Shown in pieces: positions 19,380-27,868 of a stretch of DNA of 31,538 nucleotides. The notes under the pieces are model-generated. The model saw nothing but the letters and a program-made list of their open reading frames with translations, was not told the origin of the DNA and searched no databases. The DNA comes from Candidatus Altarchaeum sp. (GTDB lineage: Archaea > Altiarchaeota > Altiarchaeia > Altiarchaeales > Altiarchaeaceae). The stretch lies in NCBI GenBank assembly GCA_018260615.1, contig JAGWDQ010000079.1, positions 19,391-50,928 of the forward strand, read 5' to 3'. The position numbers were made by a program, and so were the translations under genes. Each line of letters begins with the position of its first letter. Position 1 is the first letter of the stretch.

Positions 19380-20744
19380 TTGGAGGGAATGTATCAAAAA
19401 CAACTCAAAGAAATTATAGAAAACGGTGAAACCGAGGAAGTAGAATTCAAGAAATCAACCGCACAGTTAGAAAAGGGTCTGAGAGCAATATGTGCTTTTT
19501 TGAACCACAAGGGCGGGGCAGTATATTTCGGAATTGATAATAAGACCCTGGTCGGACAGCAGGTCTCTGACCCCACCTTAAGATCAATATCTCAGAAAGT
19601 CAGGCAGAAGATAAAGCCGGAAATAACTCCGGAAATTACTGTTCATGGGGACGGCAGGGAGAAGATTATAAAAGTTGCGGTAAAAGAAGGACTTAATAAA
19701 TTATATTATTTAGATGGAGTTGCTTACAAAAGAGTCGGAACAGAAAATCCTATAATCCCTCCGGAAGAAATTGAGAGAATTATTACGGAGAAGCGAAAAA
19801 AGGGCTGGGACTCTGAAATTTGTGAAGGAGCATGTCTGAAAGACATTGATTCAGAAAAAGTAAAGTGGTTTTTAAGAAAAGCAAAATATGAGAGAAATTT
19901 TGAGGTTGATCCTGAGACGCCCGTAAAAGAAGCACTTGAACGGCTGAAATTAATCAGAAATGAAAAATTGACAAATGCTGCTGTTTTGTTGTTTGGAAAA
20001 GATACACAAAAATTCTTCCTGCCGGCGAAAATAAGATGCGCCCGGTTTAAAGGAACAGAACCACTGGAGTTCATAGATATGAAGGTCTTTGAAGGGAATA
20101 TTATTAGTCAAAGAGACGACGCACTTGAATTTGTAAAAGAGCACATTAAACTACACGCAAAAATTGTTGGAACTGAAAGAGAGGAAAACTGGGAGTATCC
20201 GATAGAAGCGGTAAGGGAAGCGATTACAAATGCCATATGTCACAGGGATTATGAAATAGCAAGTAATGTCCAGATTAGAATATTTAATGACAGAATTGAG
20301 ATATGGGGCTGCGGACATTTACCTGAGCCGCTCAAATTAGAGGATTTAAAAAGAAAACACGATTCTTTGTTAAGAAATTGTTTAATAGGAGAGTGTTTTT
20401 TTCTGATTAAATTTGTGGAAGAATGGGGAACAGGAACAAACAGGATACTTAAGGAATGTTTAGATCATGGGCTGCCTGAACCTTTATTTGAGTTAATTGC
20501 GGAAAACCTTGTTGTAACTATTAGAAAGTATAAGATTACGGATGAAATTTTAAAGGAGCTAAAAGAAGAGGAAAAGAATATTGTAAACCACATTCTAAAA
20601 CATGAAAAAATTTCAAGAAAAGAAGGTGTGACCATCCTTAAAGTTTCACCGGCTACGGTATATAGATACTTTAAATCATTAGAAAACAGGGGAATCATAC
20701 AAAGAATGGGAAAAGGGAAAAATATTTATTATGTGTTGATGTGA
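19380..20744 (+). CDS. AlbA_2/Schlafen-like domain + HATPase_c_4 (RecG C-terminal-like) + HTH protein
   Basis: ETEEVEFKKS, ICAFLNHKGGAVYFGI, YPIEAVREAITNAICHRDY, EEWGTGTNRI and a C-terminal HTH (ISRKEG..ILKVSPATVYRYFKSL). ATG at 19389 is an alternative start. Confidence 0.88.
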   Translation: MEGMYQKQLKEIIENGETEEVEFKKSTAQLEKGLRAICAFLNHKGGAVYFGIDNKTLVGQQVSDPTLRSISQKVRQKIKPEITPEITVHGDGREKIIKVAVKEGLNKLYYLDGVAYKRVGTENPIIPPEEIERIITEKRKKGWDSEICEGACLKDIDSEKVKWFLRKAKYERNFEVDPETPVKEALERLKLIRNEKLTNAAVLLFGKDTQKFFLPAKIRCARFKGTEPLEFIDMKVFEGNIISQRDDALEFVKEHIKLHAKIVGTEREENWEYPIEAVREAITNAICHRDYEIASNVQIRIFNDRIEIWGCGHLPEPLKLEDLKRKHDSLLRNCLIGECFFLIKFVEEWGTGTNRILKECLDHGLPEPLFELIAENLVVTIRKYKITDEILKELKEEEKNIVNHILKHEKISRKEGVTILKVSPATVYRYFKSLENRGIIQRMGKGKNIYYVLM

Positions 20745-20746
20745 AT

Positions 20747-20777
20747 GAAACGAATTTGAAACGAATTTGAAACGAAT
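20747..20777 (+). repeat. 11-bp tandem repeat GAAACGAATTT (about 2.8 copies) just after the stop codon
   Basis: GAAACGAATTT GAAACGAATTT GAAACGAAT read directly. Confidence 0.85.
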
Positions 20778-20814
20778 AAAATAACTAATAATCAGATTTT
20801 ATATCACCATAATC

Positions 20815-20936
20815 GTAATTTCTCAATAAGTTGGGGCAAATAAATTTTGTAACTGCTCGTTTTATAAAAAACAAACACAAAAAATGCAAAACAATTATAT
20901 ATTTTATCATCTTTCCACAAGTTATTGAGAAGTTAC
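20815..20936. repeat. 22-bp imperfect inverted repeat enclosing a 78-bp AT-rich spacer (MITE-like)
   Basis: GTAATTTCTCAATAAGTTGGGG (20815-20836) vs the reverse complement of 20915-20936, GTAACTTCTCAATAACTTGTGG: 19/22 identical. Confidence 0.6.
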
Positions 20937-20940
20937 CTTG

Positions 20941-21097
20941 TTTGAAAATCTCCGAACGATTTTCGACGCAAAGTTTTGGAAATACGCGATTTTCAAAACC
21001 GCAGAGGTTTTGAAAAGACACGAACAAAGTGAGTGGAACGGAGTGAACGTAAGTGAGGTGATTTTAAATTTCCCACAGAAATTTTAAATCTCCGAGC
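20941..21097 (-). repeat. REP/BIME-like hairpin cluster D (inverted relative to cluster C)
   Basis: The reverse complement contains ACCTCACTTACG, CACTCACTTTGTTCGTGTCTTTTCAAAACC-TCTGC-GGTTTTGAAAATCG, AAAACTTTGCGT and GAAAATCGTTCGGAGA, the same modules as 15453-15595. Confidence 0.85.
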
Positions 21098-21118
21098 AAC
21101 CGCAAGGTGATGTAGCAG

Positions 21119-21158
21119 GGAAACAAAATGTTGAGAATAATTCTCATAAGACAATGTG
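21119..21158 (+). pseudogene. Degenerate duplicate of the cobC translation-start region
   Basis: 36/40 identical to 21181-21220. Reads MLRIILIRQCV* vs MLRVILTRHCE. Confidence 0.8.
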
Positions 21159-21189
21159 TTTAAATCGCCCTATATAGTATGGAAACAAA

Positions 21190-21819
21190 ATGTTGAGAGT
21201 AATCCTCACAAGACACTGTGAAACGGAATGGGCAACTGAAAAAAGGTATCAGGGAAACAAAGATGTTCCTTTAAATGATGTTGGAAGAAAGAATGCCGTC
21301 TTGCTCGGAAACAAAATTAAGACCTTAAATTACAAAATTTCAAAAATTTACTCGTCCTGTTTGTCAAGAAGTTATGAAACAGCAGGAATAATTTCAGAAC
21401 ATAATGGCTTTGAATCCATAGAGAAAATTTGCGAACTTAATGAAAGAAATTTTGGCGACTGGGAAGGCATGACATACAACGAGATTGAGAACAAATACGG
21501 AAAAACCAAGACGAATGAATATTTAAACAACCCGTTAAATTTTCCAGTCCCGGATGCAGAGATATTTAATGACTTTAAAGACAGGATATTAAAAGGACTA
21601 AATTTTATCCTCAATGCGAATAAAGAAGAAATAAAAGATGGCAAAGAGCACACAATAATTGTTGTAGCACACGGCGGCACAAATCGCATTATAATCTGCA
21701 ATGCGTTAAATTTATCGTTTGAAAATTTTTTCAAAATAAAACAGGACTTCGGATGTTTGAATGTAATTGAATTTTATGAAAATTTTACCGTTGTTGATTT
21801 GATGAATGGAAATATTTAA
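21190..21819 (+). CDS. cobC: Histidine phosphatase, likely alpha-ribazole-5'-phosphate phosphatase
   Basis: RH(C)ET, IYSSCLSRSYETA, LNERNFGDWEG and VAHGG. Lies directly upstream of cobU. Confidence 0.75.
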   Translation: MLRVILTRHCETEWATEKRYQGNKDVPLNDVGRKNAVLLGNKIKTLNYKISKIYSSCLSRSYETAGIISEHNGFESIEKICELNERNFGDWEGMTYNEIENKYGKTKTNEYLNNPLNFPVPDAEIFNDFKDRILKGLNFILNANKEEIKDGKEHTIIVVAHGGTNRIIICNALNLSFENFFKIKQDFGCLNVIEFYENFTVVDLMNGNI

Positions 21820-21840
21820 AGAAATTTAAAGAAATTAAAA

Positions 21841-22389
21841 ATGCTTATCTTTATTTTAGGCGGAGTCAGGAGCGGGAAAAGCAAATATGCAGGCGAAATT
21901 GCGGATGAAATTTCAAAAAATGAAAATAAAAAAGTTATCTATATTGCAACATACAGAAATGACGGAAAGGATGCCGAAATGACTGAAAGAATTGAGAAAC
22001 ATAAAAAACACAGACCTGATGAATGGACTGCGGTTGAGACAGGAAAAATTTCCGATGTGGGATTAAAGATAAAAGAAATAAGAGATGCAATAATTATAAT
22101 TGACTGCATGACCCTTCTCGTGTCAAATTTTTTGTTTGAGGTTAAGAATGCCGATGAAGATAAAATAACAAATGAAATTGAAAAAATGCTCAAAGAAATC
22201 AGGGAAGGAATAAAAAAGAACAATAATAAAGTAATAATAATTTCAAATGAGGTCGGACAGGGAGTTATTCCCGCAAATAAAATTTCAAGAAAGTATGCGG
22301 ATTTACTCGGGAGGGCAAATCAGCTCATTGCAAAACACTGCGCTCAATTTTATTTTATGTTTGCGGGCATTCCGAACAAGATAAAGTGA
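21841..22389 (+). CDS. cobU: Bifunctional adenosylcobinamide kinase / adenosylcobinamide-phosphate guanylyltransferase
   Basis: GGVRSGKS P-loop, YIAT, RIEKHKKHRP, IDCMTLLVSN, ISNEVGQG and LLGRANQ. Confidence 0.92.
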   Translation: MLIFILGGVRSGKSKYAGEIADEISKNENKKVIYIATYRNDGKDAEMTERIEKHKKHRPDEWTAVETGKISDVGLKIKEIRDAIIIIDCMTLLVSNFLFEVKNADEDKITNEIEKMLKEIREGIKKNNNKVIIISNEVGQGVIPANKISRKYADLLGRANQLIAKHCAQFYFMFAGIPNKIK

Positions 22390-22413
22390 AAAAGTCAAAT
22401 TTTTAAAAGAATA

Positions 22414-22511
22414 CTCACACCAAGTCGCAAAGTCACAGAGTGTATTTCTCCTTTGTGTCCCTGTGTCTCCGTGTGAGGCTCATAAAACGAACTTTCCTGT
22501 ACGATAAAAAA
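22414..22511 (-). mobile_element. ~100-bp MITE-like imperfect palindrome (copy E, uninterrupted) between convergent cobU and secD
   Basis: Arms TCACACCAAGTCGCAAAGTCACAGAG and CTCCTTTGTGTCCCTGTGTCTCCGTGTGA, followed by ATAAAACGAACTTTCCTGTACGATAAAAAA, which is the reverse complement of 13613-13642. Confidence 0.7.
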
Positions 22512-22520
22512 ACAAAATTT

Positions 22521-24182
22521 TCACTTCGTAATATATTCCACAATCTTTGCAAATGCCGGCCTTGTAATGATTACTCCGATCAGGACTCCTGCAATTGTTG
22601 TAAATGCAAATCCCTTAAGCATTCCCGCCTCAACACCCATTAACGCAAGCATAACAACTATTATTGTTCCCGCACTTACAAATATTATAAAAAATGCGTT
22701 TCTGATTCTTTCTACAATACTGACAACCTCTTTTTTCTTTCCCCTCTTTAATGTTTCATCAAGAATTATTATCTGGTTATCTACTCCTGTTCCGACAACA
22801 ATTATTATACCTGCAATCGCAAGTAAATCAAGTTCCCAGTGAATCATTGATGCGAACCCCAGTATTATTATTATCTCGCTTAAACAGGTAAGCATTACAG
22901 GAATTGCTAATTTCAGCTTCCTGTACCTGATAAAAATTATTAGGGAAACAACAATAATTGCTATTATTCCGATTATTGCAGAAATGCTTAAAAATTTCTC
23001 CCCCAACGCAGAGTCAAATGTTGTCTCCTTCCCTCCGCACTGTCCTGTATTTTCGGCAAATGTTGTCCCGCATATAGGGAGGATTTTTATAGGCAAATTT
23101 CCGGAACTTAATAAGACCTGTGTGGCAATTACCTTCTTTTCAGCATCTGCTTTTGTCGGGCTGTTTCCTTCTATTGACGCTTCATATACCGGCCCAGGTG
23201 AAAAGATATTAAGTTTGGGAGAACTTTGAAGTCCGGTAAGTTCTTTTACCCACTCGCCGTAAATTTTATCACCTTTTGGCTTTCTTATTACTTTAAATCC
23301 GTTTTCGGCGATGAAATTTTCAACCTGAATTGTAATATTATCGTTTTTGTCCTGTGCTATAATTATTGTGTTGATACCACTGTTTTTTAATTCATCTAAC
23401 TGTGCTTTTAGGTCGTCAAAGTCAAAATTTTCTGATGTAACACCTTCATTATTTTCGCCGTTGTTCGTCTTTATTGTCTTTATTTGTGTAATTGGAATCT
23501 GGGACCTGTTTTCTATTATATAAATCCCGTTATCAAATCCGTGAAAGGCAATATCCCAGCCCTCTAATGTCTGGAAACTTGTCATTGAATGAAGACGATT
23601 GTATGTTTCTTCCGTAAGCAAAACGGATGTATTTTCAGGAGCGTCTATGAAAGAGTCAATAGGTCTGCCAAATTTGCCTGCAATTGCCTCACCGAACCTC
23701 TTTGCACCTTCAACATTATGTCTGACTGCAACATGCCACCGATATCCTCCGCCGGTAGACAGAATTGCTACGCCCCTGCTTGATGTATCCAATGTTAATT
23801 CGTCTCCTTTAATGGCTAATTTTCCGTCTACTCTCTCAATATATTTGGCCTGGCGCATTATTATACTTTCAATTTCATGAATCTGCTCGGGTGAGGCCTT
23901 TGCCATCTTTACGACCAGAAACTGATCCCCCCATGTAACAACCTGAATATCTCTCAGTCCCATGCCGTTCAGCCGGTTTTCAAGAATTGTTTTCATTGCC
24001 TGCATTTCTTCGGTGCTGTTTGCAGAATGTTCAAGTTCTAATTCAATATAAACCCCTCCGACAAAGTCCGAACCGAAATTTAACGGTTTAACATATAAAA
24101 ATACAGCAGATAATATTATTGCAGTGAGCAAAAGCAATATTTTCCAGTTCTTCAACATCCTGACGAATGACTTTTTTTCCAT
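22521..24182 (-). CDS. secD: Protein translocase subunit SecD (archaeal type)
   Basis: N-terminal TM + GSDFVGG, LENRLNGMGL, large extracellular domain, LSSGNLP, and five C-terminal TMs with GTGVDNQIII and LKGFA. Confidence 0.92.
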   Translation of the reverse strand: MEKKSFVRMLKNWKILLLLTAIILSAVFLYVKPLNFGSDFVGGVYIELELEHSANSTEEMQAMKTILENRLNGMGLRDIQVVTWGDQFLVVKMAKASPEQIHEIESIIMRQAKYIERVDGKLAIKGDELTLDTSSRGVAILSTGGGYRWHVAVRHNVEGAKRFGEAIAGKFGRPIDSFIDAPENTSVLLTEETYNRLHSMTSFQTLEGWDIAFHGFDNGIYIIENRSQIPITQIKTIKTNNGENNEGVTSENFDFDDLKAQLDELKNSGINTIIIAQDKNDNITIQVENFIAENGFKVIRKPKGDKIYGEWVKELTGLQSSPKLNIFSPGPVYEASIEGNSPTKADAEKKVIATQVLLSSGNLPIKILPICGTTFAENTGQCGGKETTFDSALGEKFLSISAIIGIIAIIVVSLIIFIRYRKLKLAIPVMLTCLSEIIIILGFASMIHWELDLLAIAGIIIVVGTGVDNQIIILDETLKRGKKKEVVSIVERIRNAFFIIFVSAGTIIVVMLALMGVEAGMLKGFAFTTIAGVLIGVIITRPAFAKIVEYITK

Positions 24183-24220
24183 TTTTAGTATTCTATAAAG
24201 TATATGTTTTTCATTGGTTT

Positions 24221-24420
24221 CTCACACCAAGACGCAAAGGAGTTATACTGAAAATCTGTGAGATTTTCAATCTTTAAAAATCTGTTGATTTTTAAATCAC
24301 CTCGCTTGTGCTCGGAGATTTTAAAAACTTCGTTTTTAAAATACTGAAAATCTGTGAGATTTTCAATCTTTAAAAATCTGTTGATTTTTAAATACTCTGT
24401 GGCTTTGTGTCTTTGTGTGA
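24221..24420 (+). mobile_element. MITE-like palindrome (copy F) interrupted by a hairpin array containing a 53-bp direct repeat
   Basis: Left CTCACACCAAGACGCAAAGGAGTT and right CTCTGTGGCTTTGTGTCTTTGTGTGA match copies B and E. 24245-24297 = 24341-24393. ATACT flanks the insert at 24245 and 24392. Confidence 0.7.
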
Positions 24421-24441
24421 ATATTTTATCATTTTCCATTT

Positions 24442-25557
24442 TTATTCGTGAAATAATGAAAATTTAAATAATTTTTTTCTTCTTATGTTTGTTGTTTTTC
24501 TTTCAACATACCATTTTAATATTCCCGTATTCATCAACCATGTTGAAAATATATCCATAAAAAGTCCGCATAATATTACCATTGAAAGTTCGCTAAGTAC
24601 TTCAATTTTCGGTGTTGTGAGATTTGAAACAATTAATATTGTCATAGCTGCTCCCATTGCTGCAAATGTCATAGTCAGTCCGGTTTTTATGGTTTCATCT
24701 ATGGTTTCATTAACACGTGTTTTTCTGTTTAATATTCTGGTTGTTAATAATATATCCGTATCAACGGAATATCCCAACAACATAACCAATGCAAGCAGGG
24801 TCGGTAAATTTAATTCTATTCCGAATATTGACATACAGCCCGCTGCAAATATTATATCTATTAATGCCGCCGCAAGAATTGCCACTGTCGGAACAGGTAT
24901 ACGATAAGCAACAAATATAACAAAGGTAATCAGGATAACTGCAATAATAAACGCCCGTATCATTTCCTCCTTTAAATGAGCACCAAGCACAGGACTTACA
25001 CTTCCGACATTTGCGTTTGCCGGCTCAAAAGAATAACTGCCTCTGCTAAAGTCAATATCATAATTAACATCCGATAAGATTCCTTTCATTTCTTGTTCGC
25101 TCATTTGCCTTCTTTCTACTATAATGTTTGTGCTGTCGTCATTGCCGGTTATTTTTATTTCATTTCCAAAACGACTTTCTAATTTTTCTTCGGCATCACG
25201 CAAAATTTTATAATTTAAATTTACTGCAAATATGTTCTTTGTATTGAGTTTTCCGGTATATTTTTCTGCAAGTGAAAGAAATTCAGCGTTGGAAATTTTA
25301 GAGGTTGTTGTTATTTTAATCGTATTTCCGTCATCTGAAATTTTTAAATTTTCCAGATTAGCATTACTTAATCCGTTATGTAAGTCATTTATCTGACTGT
25401 CGGATAATCCATAAATTTCAAGCGACATACCTCCGCTAAAATCAAAACTCATCTGAAATCCGTTAATTGCTATGAACGCAAGCATAACAATTGCTATGAC
25501 TATTGGAATTGCCATCAATATCTTATATGGAATCTTTGCCGTTAGTTTTGAATACAT
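24442..25557 (-). CDS. secF: Protein translocase subunit SecF (archaeal type)
   Basis: SFDFSGG, VGSVSPVLG, LLGYSVDTDILLTTR, TGLTMT and six TM segments. Confidence 0.92.
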   Translation of the reverse strand: MYSKLTAKIPYKILMAIPIVIAIVMLAFIAINGFQMSFDFSGGMSLEIYGLSDSQINDLHNGLSNANLENLKISDDGNTIKITTTSKISNAEFLSLAEKYTGKLNTKNIFAVNLNYKILRDAEEKLESRFGNEIKITGNDDSTNIIVERRQMSEQEMKGILSDVNYDIDFSRGSYSFEPANANVGSVSPVLGAHLKEEMIRAFIIAVILITFVIFVAYRIPVPTVAILAAALIDIIFAAGCMSIFGIELNLPTLLALVMLLGYSVDTDILLTTRILNRKTRVNETIDETIKTGLTMTFAAMGAAMTILIVSNLTTPKIEVLSELSMVILCGLFMDIFSTWLMNTGILKWYVERKTTNIRRKKLFKFSLFHE

Positions 25558-25685
25558 TTTTTGATTTATGTTAAATTTGATGCTGATAAGTATTTGTTAA
25601 TTATTTGTTAATTATTTGTTAAATATTGTGAATTAAATTTTAGAATTCTAATTAGAAGTTTATTATTAAATTTAAATATAGCAAA

Positions 25686-27419
25686 ATGACAATCATCATT
25701 CGTAATCCAATCGTTGTTGTAGTCGGACATGTTGACCACGGAAAAACAACTTTACTTGATGCAATCAGGCGGAGCAGAACCGTTGTTACCAAAAAGGAGG
25801 CAGGCGGAATTACGCAGCACATCGGAGCAACCAACATAACCCTGGAGCATATCTCAAATTTATGCGAAAATAATCCCTCATATCAAAATTTTATAAAAAA
25901 TTTAAAGGTTCGGGGACTGTTGTTTATTGACACGCCGGGACACGAAGCATTCATGACATTGCGAAAAAGAGGGAGCAGCATTGCAGATATGGCAATCGTC
26001 GTAATAGACATAAACAAAGGCGTTGAACCCCAAACAAAAGAAAGCATAAAAATTTTAAAAGAATTCAAAGTTCCGTTTGTTATAGCCGCAAATAAGGTTG
26101 ACGCCATCATGGGATGGGATTTAAATTCCAAATTTGATAACCAGCAGCCCGATACGAGCGGGCAGTTTTACACTAAATTTTACGACATTATCGGACAGTT
26201 AAATTCAATGAACATAAACGCAGACATATTTACAAATTTTAAAAAGCCGGATGATTATAAAGAGTCCTTTGCGGTAGTTCCGCTCGCAGCAATTGCGGAC
26301 TATGGAATTAAGGACTTGCTGCTGGTTCTGATGGGTATAGCAAATAAATTTCTGCTCAATAAACTTGAGACCGATTCGGACACGCCGGGAGAGGGAATGA
26401 TATTAGAAGCAAGGGATGTTACGGGAATAGGAAAAACCATAGATGTGATTATGTATAGCGGAAAAATTTCAAAAGGCGACACAATTGTTATAGGCGGTAT
26501 GATACCCATCGTAACAAAGGTAAAAAATTTACTCCTTTCTCCTGAAAGTGAAGAAATGCGGCTCGCAAAAAAATTTAATACGACAGATGAGGCAATTGCT
26601 GCCTGCGGAATTAAAATTTATGCGGAAAATTTAAAGGATGCGGAAGGGGGAATGCCAATATATGTCTGTAAGCCCGAAACAATAGAAGAAACAAAGGCAA
26701 AAGCAAAAACAGAGACAGGGGAAATTTCAACATCACAAAACGGAGTCATAATAAGAACAGATACTCTCGGAGCGGTTGAGGCGTTTGCTTATCTGCTGAA
26801 CAAAGAAGGAATTCCGATAAAAAATGCCCGTGCAGGAAGAGTAACAAAAGAAGATGTCATCATGGGAGCGGCAATTGCTGAAACAGATAAAAAGTCGGGG
26901 GTAATATTTGTGTTTAATGTGCATATTGCTGAAGATGTGGAAAATTTAATATACGAGAAAAAGCTCAAAATTTTTAAGGGTGAGGTGATATACCGGCTTA
27001 TAGAGGGGTATAAAGAGTGGAGCAGAAATATCAAAAAAGAAGTTCCGAACATAGCAAAAATACAGGTATTAAGCAACTGTATTTTCAGGGCAAACAATCC
27101 TGCGGTTGTCGGAGTGAGGATATTAAATGGCGAAATTAAGACGGGAATGCGGCTGATGAATACGAGGGGTGAATTAGTTGGAAGTATAATAGGAATTGAG
27201 GCAAAGAAAGGAGAAAAAGTACCCTCTGCAAAGAAAGGAGAAGAAGTTCCTGTTTCAATAGATAAAGGAGAGATTGGCAAAAATATTGACAAAGACGGAA
27301 TACTTTATTCATTTCTTACTTTTGAAGAAACAGCAGGCATAGAAGGTCTGTTGGGCGGAGAAGAAAAGGTTGTCCTGGAAGAAATAAAACAGATAAAGAG
27401 AGCAACGGTTGCCAAATAG
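25686..27419 (+). CDS. infB: Translation initiation factor 2 (aIF5B)
   Basis: RNPIVVVVGHVDHGKTTLLD, EAGGITQHIGA, FIDTPGHE, AANKVD, DTLGAVEA and IFRANNPAVVGV. Confidence 0.97.
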   Translation: MTIIIRNPIVVVVGHVDHGKTTLLDAIRRSRTVVTKKEAGGITQHIGATNITLEHISNLCENNPSYQNFIKNLKVRGLLFIDTPGHEAFMTLRKRGSSIADMAIVVIDINKGVEPQTKESIKILKEFKVPFVIAANKVDAIMGWDLNSKFDNQQPDTSGQFYTKFYDIIGQLNSMNINADIFTNFKKPDDYKESFAVVPLAAIADYGIKDLLLVLMGIANKFLLNKLETDSDTPGEGMILEARDVTGIGKTIDVIMYSGKISKGDTIVIGGMIPIVTKVKNLLLSPESEEMRLAKKFNTTDEAIAACGIKIYAENLKDAEGGMPIYVCKPETIEETKAKAKTETGEISTSQNGVIIRTDTLGAVEAFAYLLNKEGIPIKNARAGRVTKEDVIMGAAIAETDKKSGVIFVFNVHIAEDVENLIYEKKLKIFKGEVIYRLIEGYKEWSRNIKKEVPNIAKIQVLSNCIFRANNPAVVGVRILNGEIKTGMRLMNTRGELVGSIIGIEAKKGEKVPSAKKGEEVPVSIDKGEIGKNIDKDGILYSFLTFEETAGIEGLLGGEEKVVLEEIKQIKRATVAK

Positions 27420-27476
27420 ACATAGTTATGAAGTTCAAAAAATTATACTATCAATCAAAAAATTAATTCCAAAGTT

Positions 27477-27620
27477 TTGAAATGTCCCTATTTTGAGAGT
27501 GAATTATGCGTGAAAACCGAATTATTAGAATGCCCCCCACATAACAAAATTGGATCATATTACTTAAATTGTGCAAAGTTACGGCTTAAATTTTTTAGGT
27601 CAATCATCTTTGTATTTTAA
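27477..27620 (+). CDS. Possible small Cys-rich protein (47 aa, TTG start)
   Basis: Manual translation LKCPYFESELCVKTELLECPPHNKIGSYYLNCAKLRLKFFRSIIFVF* has four Cys. No ATG start. Confidence 0.25.
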   Translation: MKCPYFESELCVKTELLECPPHNKIGSYYLNCAKLRLKFFRSIIFVF

Positions 27621-27868
27621 ATTTTTTTATTTAATTGTAATTATATCTGAACAGCAAATATATTAGACATGTTGCAAAATAACTTTTCCACCTTTGAATT
27701 CCTTTAAATTTTATTACTTTCCACCTTTAAAATTTTTAATTTGCAACAACTCTATTATTCTATGAACAAGAGTTCAGAAAGCAAAGAACAAACGTTTAGT
27801 TATTGTGGAGTCACCTTTAGATTATTCAAGTGAAATTAAATCCAAAAACAGGAGAAAAAGTTTATTCC

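Noticed and set aside
20785-21027. 80-aa minus and 60-aa plus ORFs
   Set aside because: They run through the inverted repeat and hairpin cluster D and have no protein-like motifs.
24185-24439. 84-aa ORF with an internal duplication
   Set aside because: It is a translation of repeat element F. The peptide duplication simply mirrors the 53-bp DNA repeat.
27685-27730. TTTCCACCTTT repeated twice in the infB-lipoprotein gap
   Set aside because: An 11-bp pair with no associated start codon or structure, so a regulatory role cannot be supported.
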